Under the pieces are notes generated by a model. The model saw only the letters and a list, made by a program, of their open reading frames with translations. It did not search any database and had not been told where the DNA came from. This document shows positions 1 through 9,017 of a stretch of 64,000 nucleotides of DNA, piece after piece. Made by a program: the position numbers and the translations under genes. Origin of the DNA: a virus (taxonomy: Duplodnaviria > Caudoviricetes); IMG/VR virus record IMGVR_UViG_2706795407_000001, positions 1-64,000 of that record. One strand, written 5' to 3'. Numbering within the stretch: position 1 is the first letter of the stretch; the number at the start of each line of letters is the position of its first letter.

Positions 1-128
1 CTCGTCTGACAAACTGTATGAATTAGCAACCTTTTGGTCGCATATTCATGCGGTGAGGTGCTGCATATTCGCTGGTCGCACTATTTTGTTTTCGATTTTA
101 TTCATTCTGTCTGCATAAAGGAGGCTTG

Positions 129-578
129 ATGGCTGCGCGTGGAGTGAAGCCGAGCGGAAAGCCGACACTCTTTCGCGGCGAGGCTATGACGGAGTGGGTT
201 GAGGTTGAGAATGTGCCGTTTGAGAAGGCCCCGGAGCTTCCGGCCCGTAGTCCTGCCCGTGAGGTGGTTGACGGCGAGGTGACCGAGGTTCCTCGGCGGT
301 GGCCTGCTGAGGCGGTGCGGAAGTGGCGGGCTTGGTCCCGGATGCCTCACTGCGTCATGTGGTCCGATGCGGATTGGGAGTTCGCGTTCGACAGCCTTGA
401 GGTGGCGGCGTCGTTCATTGAGACGCGGCGGGCGAGTTTGGCGACGGAGCTTCGCAACCGCGAAAAGGTGTTGGGCACGACTGCTGATTTCCGTCGCGAT
501 CTCCGTATCCGCTATGTGGAGCCTCAGCAGGATAAGCCGAAACTGACAGTGGTGGAGAATGACTTTAGAGACCTCTGA
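129..578 (+). CDS. Terminase small subunit
   Basis: ATG at 129 (ORF track starts at TTG 126); directly upstream of and overlapping the large terminase; WxAWSRMPHCxxWSDADWEFA segment resembles actinophage TerS. Confidence 0.75.
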   Translation: MAARGVKPSGKPTLFRGEAMTEWVEVENVPFEKAPELPARSPAREVVDGEVTEVPRRWPAEAVRKWRAWSRMPHCVMWSDADWEFAFDSLEVAASFIETRRASLATELRNREKVLGTTADFRRDLRIRYVEPQQDKPKLTVVENDFRDL

Positions 579-3372
579 TAGGGCGGATCTTCTTCCCGGC
601 TATTGGGTGGATGAGCGCACGGGCGCGTGGTGCACTATCCCGTGGCCGACCGACCAGGAGGAGAAGGATTACCTTCTGGCTCATTCTTTGGGGCCTTTGG
701 TGATCAACTGGGCCGAGGGGAGACTTGAGGACGAGTTTGGCCCTGGGTTGATTCATCCGTTGACGGGGGAGCCGTGGCGGTTCACTCCGGGGCAGAAACG
801 GTTCCTGATTCTTTTTTATCATTACGACGAGAATGGCCGGTATGTGTATCGGTCTGCAGTGAAGCGGGGAAGTAAGGGTACCGGTAAGGACTATATCGCC
901 GGGGCTCATGGCAACATCGAGCTGATTGGCCCGTCTCAGCTTGTTCAGACTGCTAATGGGTGGACGGGTGTGCCGCACCGTATGCCTCTTGTTCAGATCG
1001 CGTCGAACTCTGAGGCTCAGTCTAAGGATACTTTGCGTGTTGCTGCCGCAATGTGGTCACGTGAGGCCAGGGCAGCCCACGAGCTGGACTGCGGGGAGAC
1101 CCGGATAATCCAGAAGGGCACTGGTGGCCGTTTCGAGGTTTTGACCGCTTCCGAGGCGTCATCCGAGGGTGACCCCGCCAGTTTTATTATCTTGAATGAG
1201 GCGTTAGCGCTCGACACCCCTATTCCTACCCCCAGTGGGTGGACCACTGTTGCCGAATTGCAGGTAGGGGATTTTGTACTGTCTCCCGATGGGCTTCCGG
1301 CGGAGGTCACGAAGACTACCGAGGTTTTCCGAAATCGCCCGTGCTATCGGGTGACGTTTCAGGATGGCGACAGCATCATTGCTGATGCGGGGCATCTGTG
1401 GGTCGCTGAGCGTACGGGAACCCCCACCAAAATTGGCGCGCTTATGGCGCGCACCACACAGGAAATGTTCGAGTCCGGCTCGGGTTTCCGAGTGCCGCTC
1501 ACGGAGCCGGTGAAACTTCCCGAGGCGGACCTTCCCATTGATCCGTATGTGCTGGGCGCGTGGCTGGGGGATGGCTGTAGGAACTCTCTGATGTTCACTA
1601 CTGCGTTGGATGATCTGCCGTGGTGGTTGTCGGAGTTCGAGCGCTTGGGCGTTTCCGTGCGGCATTTGCCGAACAGGTCTAGGCCCACGGGGGAGCAGTT
1701 CACTATTGGCGGCGCTCCGCATAGTTGGGCGCACCGTGGCGCGGGGTATCGGGCCAAACTGGTAGACCTCGGAATTTTCACCGACAAGCGCATCCCTGAC
1801 GAGTATCTTCGCGGCAGTATCGATCAACGCCTGTCCCTGTTGCAGGGGCTTGTCGATACGGATGGGTGCGTTGACAAAAATGGGCGCATAATTTTCTGCA
1901 ACACCAATAAGAATCTGGCTGATGGTGTGGCTGAACTTGCCCGGTCTCTCGGCCATGTTGTCCACGTTAGTTGCCGTAATGATGATCGCAAGGATTCTTA
2001 TCTGCCGGTTTGGCGTGTGGAGTGGATGGGTGATGCAAATCTGCCGTCCGCCAGGATGCCTCGAAAGCGGGATCGGCTTCATGTTCCGACTACGCGGCAG
2101 CTCGCTAAACGTTGGAACTACATCAAGTCTATCGAGCCGGTTGATTCGGTGCCCGTGAAGTGTATCAGCGTTGATTCGCCAGGCCATCTTTTTCTTGCTG
2201 GCAATTGGAAGGTTACGCACAATAGTCACCACATGACCGCCACTAATGGTGGGCATCGTGTGGCTGAGGTAGCCCGCCGTAACGTCGGCAAGTCCCCTGC
2301 GGACATTCAGGCGCGACTGGTGGAGTACACGAACGCCCATTCGATGGGTGTTGATTCCATCGCAGAACGTTCCTATGTCGGGTGGCAGCAGCAACAGTCC
2401 GGTATGTACAAGAATCTGAAAAAAGACATCTTGTATGACTCGATTGAGGCTGATCCGAATCTGCGGGTGACCGACCCTGACGATTTGTCTAAAGCGGTTG
2501 CCCAAGCCTATTCAGACGCCGATTGGGCGGACCTTGAGCGTTTGGCGGATGAGGTTATGGACCCCCGCACATCCGAAGCTGAGGCTATCCGGTTCTATCT
2601 GAATGGATTAGCTTTGCGTGAGGACTCATGGGTTGATCCGCGCGCTTGGGACACTCTAGCTCGCCCGGACACTGTAGTTGAAGACGGTGAGCGCATCACC
2701 ATGTTTCTGGACTGCTCGAAGTCTGGTGACGCCACCGGCCTTGTCGCCACCCGTGTTGATGATGGTTTCACCTTCGTTTTGGGGGTGTGGCAGCCCGAGA
2801 AGGGTGGTCGGCGTGACGCGAAGTGGCTCGCCCCCCGCCACGAGGTAGATGCCGCCGTTCGGGAGGCGTTCGACCGCTACAAAGTGATGTGGTTCGGTGT
2901 TGACCCGTCCCCAGCTACAGATGATCAGACTGAGGCTTTGTATTGGGCTGATTGTATTGATGGTTGGCATAGGGATTTCGCCAGGAAGTTGCCGTTGTGG
3001 GCCACGCCCGGTTCATCGACTGGGCATTCTGTGAAGTTTGATATGCGGACTTCGCAGCGCGGCGCGTTCGAGCGGTTGAAAATGTTCACCGAACAGGCTG
3101 AGCGGTGCGTTCAGTGGATTGACGAGGATTCAAAGGATAACCCTAATCCGCCTTTGACTCATGATGGCAGTCCGGCTTTGCGGGTGCATGTGCATAACGC
3201 GCGGGCCAGGAGAAATCAGTGGGGGGTCGGTTTGGGTAAAGAGTCCCGTGATTCTAAGAAACTGATTGACCTTGCCGTGTGTATGGTTGGCGCGCATTTG
3301 GGCCGAAGCCTGGTGCTGAATAGTACGAAGATACGCAAGGCGAAACCGAGGAGGATCGTGACAAATTGGTAA
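559..3372 (+). CDS. terL: Terminase large subunit, intein-containing
   Basis: Walker A-like KGTGKD, Walker B FIILNE, nuclease domain MFLDCSKSGDAT and C-terminal IDLAVC; interrupted by an intein. Confidence 0.95.
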   Translation: MTLETSDRADLLPGYWVDERTGAWCTIPWPTDQEEKDYLLAHSLGPLVINWAEGRLEDEFGPGLIHPLTGEPWRFTPGQKRFLILFYHYDENGRYVYRSAVKRGSKGTGKDYIAGAHGNIELIGPSQLVQTANGWTGVPHRMPLVQIASNSEAQSKDTLRVAAAMWSREARAAHELDCGETRIIQKGTGGRFEVLTASEASSEGDPASFIILNEALALDTPIPTPSGWTTVAELQVGDFVLSPDGLPAEVTKTTEVFRNRPCYRVTFQDGDSIIADAGHLWVAERTGTPTKIGALMARTTQEMFESGSGFRVPLTEPVKLPEADLPIDPYVLGAWLGDGCRNSLMFTTALDDLPWWLSEFERLGVSVRHLPNRSRPTGEQFTIGGAPHSWAHRGAGYRAKLVDLGIFTDKRIPDEYLRGSIDQRLSLLQGLVDTDGCVDKNGRIIFCNTNKNLADGVAELARSLGHVVHVSCRNDDRKDSYLPVWRVEWMGDANLPSARMPRKRDRLHVPTTRQLAKRWNYIKSIEPVDSVPVKCISVDSPGHLFLAGNWKVTHNSHHMTATNGGHRVAEVARRNVGKSPADIQARLVEYTNAHSMGVDSIAERSYVGWQQQQSGMYKNLKKDILYDSIEADPNLRVTDPDDLSKAVAQAYSDADWADLERLADEVMDPRTSEAEAIRFYLNGLALREDSWVDPRAWDTLARPDTVVEDGERITMFLDCSKSGDATGLVATRVDDGFTFVLGVWQPEKGGRRDAKWLAPRHEVDAAVREAFDRYKVMWFGVDPSPATDDQTEALYWADCIDGWHRDFARKLPLWATPGSSTGHSVKFDMRTSQRGAFERLKMFTEQAERCVQWIDEDSKDNPNPPLTHDGSPALRVHVHNARARRNQWGVGLGKESRDSKKLIDLAVCMVGAHLGRSLVLNSTKIRKAKPRRIVTNW
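1201..2223 (+). mobile_element. Class 3 intein (341 aa) with LAGLIDADG homing endonuclease
   Basis: Starts ALALDTPIPTP (Ala1), ends VTHN followed by Ser+1; block B HLW, block F KCISV, penultimate THN; LAGLIDADG motifs LGAWLGDGC and LQGLVDTDGCV. Confidence 0.92.
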
Positions 3373-4799
3373 ATCATTATTCCTCCGTTGGTGCAGTGTA
3401 TTCCTTGGGTACTGTCAGCGGGTTGAACGATGACGAGAGGCTGATCCTGGATGAACTGTATCGGTGTTGGAATTATAAGCTGACGCGTAACATTCTCCGG
3501 GCGCAGTATTACGATCACAAGAACCTTCTGAAGAACCTCGGTATTGCTATTCCGCCGCATTTGGCGAAGATTGATATCGCGTTGGGGTGGCCCGCCAAGG
3601 CTGTCGATGTGTTGGCTAGGCGTTGCAAGTTTGAGCGTTTCACGACGCCGAAGGATGGCGGCGGCGATCCGTTGGAGATTGTTCCGATGTTGAATCAGAA
3701 CGATTTCATGATGGAATTGCCGCAGGCCATCACTTCGACGTTTGTTCATTCATGCTCGTTCATTACCTTGTCTCAGGGTGAGGTTTCCCTCGGGGAACCG
3801 GAGGTGATGATCAATACGCAGTCTGCAATGTTCGGCTCGGGGCTGTGGGATTACCGCCGTAGACGGCTCCGTGCTGCTTTCTCTGTGACGAGTACGGATG
3901 AGTGGGGCCGGGTGCTGGACTGGCTGATGTTCATCCCCGGTGTGACGATCAGGGGGCGTTGGGACCGTAAATGGGAGATTGAGCGGTACTATCACACGCT
4001 TGATCGGTTGCCTGTTGAGGTTCTGCCGTACCAGCCCCGGTTGGATAGGCCTTTCGGGAAGTCCCGTATTTCTCGTTCTGTGATGGGGTTGACCGATTCG
4101 GCTTTGCGAACGTTGGTTCGTATGGAGATCGGCGCGGAGTTCTATTCGTCTCCGCAGCGGTGGATCATGGGCGCTGATGAAACCATGTTCACGGACGCCG
4201 AGGGCAACCCTGTGCCGCAATGGCAGTCTCTCGCGGGCCGGATTTGGGCCGCACCGGCTGATGAGGAAGGGAATCTTCCCCAGGTTGGGCAGTTCAATGC
4301 GGCTACCCCGATTCCTCACACGGAACAGTTGCGGTCTTTGGCTGCGATGTTCTGCGCGGAGACTTCACTGCCTTTGAACGAGTTGGGGATTATCCATGAT
4401 AATCCTGCTTCTGCGGAGGCTATTGAGGCGGCAGAGCGGTCGTTGATCATTGAGGCGAATTTCGCTATGGATTCCTGCCTCGGCCCTCGCCTGGTGCGCG
4501 CCATTCAGACGGCGTTGCAGATTCGTGAGGGCTGGGATGTTCTACCCCCCGAGGTTGAGCGGTTGGCTGCGCGCTGGTCGCCACCGGAGAACACGCCGAA
4601 ATCTGCGGCCACAGATGCGATGACGAAACTCGTCACGTCCATGCCGCATTTGGCTAAGTCTCCGATCCCCCTAGAGGAACTGGGTTGGGATGATGCGACT
4701 ATTCAGCGCGCCATGGCCGACATGGACAGGGTTGAATCAGAACAGCCCACACAAGACGCTAACCCCGTATCGACTGACGAAACGTTGGTCGGAGAGTAA
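3366..4799 (+). CDS. Portal protein (SPP1 Gp6-like)
   Basis: Position after terL, 477 aa; motifs RPFGKSRISRSV, AEFYSSPQRW, DNPASAEAI. Confidence 0.92.
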   Translation: MVNHYSSVGAVYSLGTVSGLNDDERLILDELYRCWNYKLTRNILRAQYYDHKNLLKNLGIAIPPHLAKIDIALGWPAKAVDVLARRCKFERFTTPKDGGGDPLEIVPMLNQNDFMMELPQAITSTFVHSCSFITLSQGEVSLGEPEVMINTQSAMFGSGLWDYRRRRLRAAFSVTSTDEWGRVLDWLMFIPGVTIRGRWDRKWEIERYYHTLDRLPVEVLPYQPRLDRPFGKSRISRSVMGLTDSALRTLVRMEIGAEFYSSPQRWIMGADETMFTDAEGNPVPQWQSLAGRIWAAPADEEGNLPQVGQFNAATPIPHTEQLRSLAAMFCAETSLPLNELGIIHDNPASAEAIEAAERSLIIEANFAMDSCLGPRLVRAIQTALQIREGWDVLPPEVERLAARWSPPENTPKSAATDAMTKLVTSMPHLAKSPIPLEELGWDDATIQRAMADMDRVESEQPTQDANPVSTDETLVGE

Positions 4800-4877
4800 T
4801 TCTTTACCACTTCACGTGGTTCATGCCCGCGCCGCAACGGTGTGCGGGAAAACAATTTCCTGAAACAGGAGTGTAAA

Positions 4878-5501
4878 TTGCCAGAGATTGAGGAAACTGT
4901 TACGACCGAAACGGTTGAACAGGAGCCCAGCATTGTTGCTGCCGATTCTCCCGAAGAGGAGCCTACCCCGAAGCCTACCGAAACGGTGGAGTTCTGGAAG
5001 CAGAAGGCTCGCGAGCAGGAGAAGCGCGCTAAGGCTAACGCCGCAGCCCAGGAGGCCCTTGAGGCATTGAAGGCCGAGCAGGCTAAGGCCCTTGAAGAGC
5101 TTGAGGCGTTCCGCGCCGAGAAGCTCACTCAAGAGGAGCGCGACGCGCAGCAGCGTGAGAAAGAGGCGCAGGAAAAGGCTGATGCTATCCGTGAACGCGA
5201 TGCGGCGCGCCAGGAGGCTCTGCGTTGGCGTATCGCGGCAAAGCACGGCATCACCGATGAGGATGCCGAGCTTTTCCTGACCGGCACGGACGAGGAAACC
5301 CTTACTAAGCAGGCGGAGCGATTCACTTCGCTGCAACCCAAGCCGGGTAAGGGCAATGTTATCCCCTCTGCTGGTCAGCAGCCCAAGGAACCCCCGTCTC
5401 TGGCGGAACAAATCAGGCTAGCTGAGGAAGCTAAGGACGTTGACACTGCTATGCGCTTGAAGGCGCAGCAGTTGGCGGCGCTTGCTCAGAATAACGTTTA
5501 A
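4878..5501 (+). CDS. Capsid scaffolding protein
   Basis: Acidic, coiled-coil E/K/A/Q-rich ORF between portal and capsid; AGGAG RBS before TTG at 4878 (ORF track starts at 4842). Confidence 0.85.
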   Translation: MPEIEETVTTETVEQEPSIVAADSPEEEPTPKPTETVEFWKQKAREQEKRAKANAAAQEALEALKAEQAKALEELEAFRAEKLTQEERDAQQREKEAQEKADAIRERDAARQEALRWRIAAKHGITDEDAELFLTGTDEETLTKQAERFTSLQPKPGKGNVIPSAGQQPKEPPSLAEQIRLAEEAKDVDTAMRLKAQQLAALAQNNV

Positions 5502-5513
5502 GGAGAGCCATAA

Positions 5514-6485
5514 ATGGCTGGTATTACTGGTACGGGCACTACTTTCAACCTGCCCAACTTTGTTGGTGAACTGTATTCGGCTTCGCCGGAGGACACCCCG
5601 TTCCTGTCCGCTATCGGCGGGCTGACCGGTGGTGTGCCGGTGCACGGTAGCTCTGTGTTCACCTGGTCGTCTTACGACCTGCGGGACGCGGAGGATGATC
5701 GTCAGCGCGTTGAGGGCAATGACGCCCCGACTGCTGAGGGTCGCGCTCGCGCGGTTGCGTCGAACGTCCTGGAAATCCACCAGGAAGCCGTGTCGGTGTC
5801 GTACACCAAGATCGCCGCGACCAACATGTTCGGCGGGACTGCCCCGTTCGTCGGTGGCCTGAATCCTGTTCAGGACGAGCTGGCCTGGCAGCTGCGGCAG
5901 GAATTCAAGCAGGTCGCGCGCGACGTTGAAAAGTCGTTCATCACGGGCACCTACAACATGCCTGCGAACAACTCGACTGCCCGCCGGACACGCGGCATCA
6001 TCGAGGCCATCTCGACCAACAGTGTGGATCTGGAGGATGCGTCGCTGACTGCTGACGATGTTCTGGATCTGATGCAGTCGGTTTGGGCGAGCGGTGGTAT
6101 TCAGGAGGCTGAGACCCGCACTCTGCTGGTTGGCGGCTCGGTTCGTCGTCAGCTGTCGAAGCTGTTCATCACCGATGCCGGATACAAGGAGCAGAGCCGC
6201 AACGTTGGTGGCGTGAGCGTCAAGACCATCGAGACTGATTTCGGTCTTTGCAACGTGATGCTGGACCGCTATGTTCCGGACGACACTCTGCTGGTTGTTT
6301 CGCTGGAGGAGTGCACCCCGCGTTTCCTGGAGATTCCGGGTAAGGGGCATTTCTTCGCTGAGCCGCTGGCTAAGACCGGCGCGAGCGACCGTGTTCAGCT
6401 TTACGGCGAGATCGGTCTGGAATACGGCAACGAGCGTAAGCACGGAAAACTTGAAGGCATCGGCGCTCCGAGTTCGGGCAGCTAA
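5514..6485 (+). CDS. Major capsid protein
   Basis: 323 aa after scaffold, strong RBS AAGGAGAG; N-terminus MAGITGTGTTFNLPNFVGELY typical of actinophage HK97-fold capsids; ends in GS. Confidence 0.9.
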   Translation: MAGITGTGTTFNLPNFVGELYSASPEDTPFLSAIGGLTGGVPVHGSSVFTWSSYDLRDAEDDRQRVEGNDAPTAEGRARAVASNVLEIHQEAVSVSYTKIAATNMFGGTAPFVGGLNPVQDELAWQLRQEFKQVARDVEKSFITGTYNMPANNSTARRTRGIIEAISTNSVDLEDASLTADDVLDLMQSVWASGGIQEAETRTLLVGGSVRRQLSKLFITDAGYKEQSRNVGGVSVKTIETDFGLCNVMLDRYVPDDTLLVVSLEECTPRFLEIPGKGHFFAEPLAKTGASDRVQLYGEIGLEYGNERKHGKLEGIGAPSSGS

Positions 6486-6503
6486 TCGCTAACGCTTGGA
6501 AAT

Positions 6504-6540
6504 GAGAATGGCTACCGACTAACAAGCGGTAGCCATTCTC
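6504..6540. other. Perfect 14-bp hairpin after the capsid gene, without a U-tract
   Basis: GAGAATGGCTACCG (6504-6517) / CGGTAGCCATTCTC (6527-6540). Confidence 0.85.
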
Positions 6541-6542
6541 CC

Positions 6543-6617
6543 AAGCCATACCCTGCCCGACCGTGCCGCGCCATATCCTGCCCGACCTGACCATGCCGAG
6601 CCCAACCGGGCCAAGCA
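6543..6617. repeat. 5-nt periodic NNNCC array, 15 units
   Basis: aagcc atacc ctgcc cgacc gtgcc gcgcc atatc ctgcc cgacc tgacc atgcc gagcc caacc gggcc aagca. Confidence 0.85.
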
Positions 6618-6653
6618 TTGTCAGTGTAGCACGGAGCGTCGGGGACGGTCAGA

Positions 6654-7031
6654 ATGGAGCAATTAATGGCGTTACTTGAGGTTGACGACCTATTGCCGTT
6701 CGCGCCAAATCTTGACGAGGCTAAGGGCGAAGCGATGGTCGCTGACGCTTTAGCGCTCGCGGCCCGCATTGCGCCCTGCATTCTCGAAGATGATTTCGCC
6801 TACGAGGCTGCCGCCAAGGCGGTTTTACGTGGCGCGGTCTTAAGGTGGGTGGATCAGGGTTCAAGCACGCAGCCAGCCTTGCAAGCTGGAATATTCAGCA
6901 TGACACCGCAGAATCAACCACGCAAGGCCATGTTTTATCCGAGTGAAATTACGGAATTGCAAGCGCTGTGCGGCGGCGGACGGGGGCGGGCGTTCATGAT
7001 CGACACGACACCGCAATGTGAGGACCAATGA
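6654..7031 (+). CDS. Head-to-tail adaptor
   Basis: Synteny after capsid; LAARIAPCI, AKAVLRGAVLRW and EITELQALC segments typical of actinophage adaptors. Confidence 0.8.
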   Translation: MEQLMALLEVDDLLPFAPNLDEAKGEAMVADALALAARIAPCILEDDFAYEAAAKAVLRGAVLRWVDQGSSTQPALQAGIFSMTPQNQPRKAMFYPSEITELQALCGGGRGRAFMIDTTPQCEDQ

Positions 7032-7366
7032 CGTTCCCCGCCCCCCATGTGGTGGGGCATCACGTTTTCACAGGTGTTGGTGAGGATGAGCTGGGCAACG
7101 ATGTCGAAACCTGGGCTGAGCCTGTCGATGTGAACGTGATCGCATGGTATGCCTCCATGTTGGAGTCTTTGGCTGGTCACACTTCTCGCGTCGAGTCCGA
7201 TATCGACCTGTTGATTCCACCCGATTCGGCCATCTCCATTCATGACAAAATCATTTTGCCTGGTTTTGAGAAGCCGTTTCGCGTGATGGCTATCGAGGAC
7301 TGTTGTCACGGGTTTCACCAGTGGCAGCCAGGTAACGTGGCGAAGCTAAAGCAGGTGACCGGATAG
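7028..7366 (+). CDS. Head-to-tail stopper
   Basis: Synteny; EDELGND, DLLIPP and DKIIL pattern. Confidence 0.8.
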   Translation: MTFPAPHVVGHHVFTGVGEDELGNDVETWAEPVDVNVIAWYASMLESLAGHTSRVESDIDLLIPPDSAISIHDKIILPGFEKPFRVMAIEDCCHGFHQWQPGNVAKLKQVTG

Positions 7367-7629
7367 TGGCGAAACGACAGTTCACGATCAACAGTAAAAA
7401 GTGGTCGCAGATTGTTAAGGAAGTCATTGACACGACCGGTGTTGAGTTTATGCAGGGCGTGGCGGACAGATGCAACAATCATTTGGAGAACGGCAAGGGA
7501 TACTTGGTGTCCGTTGAAGGTGATGATCCGTTGAACAAGCGTGACTATCGCGCCACGGTCATCACGGCCAGCAAGGAAGCCATGCGGGATAACGCGAAGC
7601 ATGACCGCTTGATTTCCGAATTCCACTAA
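7366..7629 (+). CDS. Neck-region hypothetical protein (HK97 gp10-like position)
   Basis: Synteny between stopper and tail terminator; 1-nt overlap with upstream gene. Confidence 0.65.
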   Translation: MAKRQFTINSKKWSQIVKEVIDTTGVEFMQGVADRCNNHLENGKGYLVSVEGDDPLNKRDYRATVITASKEAMRDNAKHDRLISEFH

Positions 7630-7641
7630 AAAGGGGGATGG

Positions 7642-8013
7642 ATGTATCCTTACGCCCCTCGGATTGTCAAGGATTACCTCACTAACACTCTGCCTGCGGA
7701 TGTTCGGGTTTCTACTAAGGTTCCCGCGAATCGCCCGATGAAACTGGTCACTATCAAAATGGTTCCAGCTCGCGGTGGCGACAACATGGTGTTGTCTACC
7801 CGACGTTTGATCATTGAGTGCTGGAATGCGGACGAGTCTGCGGCAGGTGAGCTGTCTGAAGTCGTGCTTGACGCGATGGAAAAAGCGAAGTACGTCAAAG
7901 GTAATGGCATCCGTGATGTTGTGATTGTTGGTTCGCCTGGTCGGCTTGATAACCCGGATGATCCTACTCCGCGCTTCATTATGACTGTGGACGTGCTGTT
8001 ACGCGCAGTCTGA
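7642..8013 (+). CDS. Tail terminator
   Basis: Directly upstream of major tail; RVSTKVPANRP and LIIECW pattern. Confidence 0.8.
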   Translation: MYPYAPRIVKDYLTNTLPADVRVSTKVPANRPMKLVTIKMVPARGGDNMVLSTRRLIIECWNADESAAGELSEVVLDAMEKAKYVKGNGIRDVVIVGSPGRLDNPDDPTPRFIMTVDVLLRAV

Positions 8014-8072
8014 GCGCGCATTAAAACCCTTTCTGGCCCCGGCTGCAACTTGCGCCCGGAAGGGGCTCACTT

Positions 8073-8660
8073 ATGGCATCTGATGTCAAGAATGTCTATG
8101 CTGCCGAACCGCTTGCTTCTGGCTCGGTCCTGGTAGCGCCGCTCGGTACCGATTTGCCTACCTCTACCGATGACGAGCTTGATCCCGAATTTGTGGATCT
8201 GGGCTATGTCGGTGAGGATGGTTTCACCGAGACGATGGAACGCACCACGGACGAAAAGAAGGCGTTCGGCGGCGACACGGTTAAGGTCTTGCAGACCGAA
8301 TACAACCATTCTTTCCAGTTTGTTTTGCTGGAGTCGGTCAACGCCGAGGTTCTGAAGGCTGTTTATGGTGCCGACAATGTTACGGTCACGCCTGCTAGCT
8401 CTACGCATGGCACGCAGGTCGCGGTGAAGAAGAATGCCCGCAAGCTGCCTCACATGTCGTGGGTTATCGACACCACGGATTCGGAGTCTGGCGCGAAGTA
8501 CCGCAATGTAATCCCCGATGGGCAGATCACTGAGGTTGGCGACGTGACCATTGTCCATTCGGACACCATCTCGTACGAGGTCACCGTGAAGTGCTTCAAG
8601 AACAGCGCTGGGGATTATGTGTACACGTACAGTGACGATGGCCAGGTTGTCGGCAGCTAG
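8073..8660 (+). CDS. Major tail protein
   Basis: 195 aa; DLGYVGEDGF and VIPDGQITEVGDV motifs; followed by a terminator; ends in GS. Confidence 0.9.
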   Translation: MASDVKNVYAAEPLASGSVLVAPLGTDLPTSTDDELDPEFVDLGYVGEDGFTETMERTTDEKKAFGGDTVKVLQTEYNHSFQFVLLESVNAEVLKAVYGADNVTVTPASSTHGTQVAVKKNARKLPHMSWVIDTTDSESGAKYRNVIPDGQITEVGDVTIVHSDTISYEVTVKCFKNSAGDYVYTYSDDGQVVGS

Positions 8661-8667
8661 TTAGACC

Positions 8668-8718
8668 CCGGAGGGGTTGTTTTCTCAATGCAGCCGGGGC
8701 CGCAGCCCCTCCGGTTTT
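8668..8718 (+). terminator. Intrinsic terminator after major tail gene
   Basis: CCGGAGGGGTTG / CAGCCCCTCCGG stem followed by TTTT. Confidence 0.7.
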
Positions 8719-8759
8719 AACCCGGCTGCTACCACATTTTTGTTTCGGAAGGCTGCACA

Positions 8760-9017
8760 TTGTTTGTTTACAAGTTTGAACTCGAAGATGAAAATGGCGC
8801 GAAGGTGGAACACACCATTGCCCTGAAACCGTTCGATCAGCTTCCCAACGGTGTTCTGCGCAAGAACCGTGATAACCCTGAGGCTGGCGTGTGGGCCATG
8901 TTTGAGTGGGGTTTGTCGCCTAAGGATCTGGAGTTGTTTGACCAGGCCCCTGCAAGCTTGACTGCCGATCTGCTGGAGGCGTGGCAGAAGGCTTCGAATG
9001 TTGATGCGGGAAAATAA
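8760..9017 (+). CDS. Tail assembly chaperone, short form
   Basis: Between major tail and tape measure; ends at slippery G GGA AAA then TAA. Confidence 0.85.
   Translation: MFVYKFELEDENGAKVEHTIALKPFDQLPNGVLRKNRDNPEAGVWAMFEWGLSPKDLELFDQAPASLTADLLEAWQKASNVDAGK
9008..9014 (+). promoter_or_regulatory. Programmed -1 ribosomal frameshift site GGGAAAA
   Basis: A -1 shift gives ...DAGKIIALIDLIDEHG, in frame with ORF 9032-9442. Confidence 0.85.

Noticed and set aside
1-125. Genome terminus or cos signal
   Set aside because: Only short GCATATTC repeats; the window edge cannot be shown to be the physical end
1204-2505. 433-aa minus-strand ORF
   Set aside because: Antisense shadow of terL and its intein; no motifs or RBS
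5418-6443. 341-aa minus-strand ORF
   Set aside because: Antisense to the capsid gene; expected from codon bias in GC-rich DNA
6370-6781. Minus ORFs 6370-6618 and 6512-6781 with G/R-rich pattern
   Set aside because: Translations of the pentamer array overlapping real genes; no start signals
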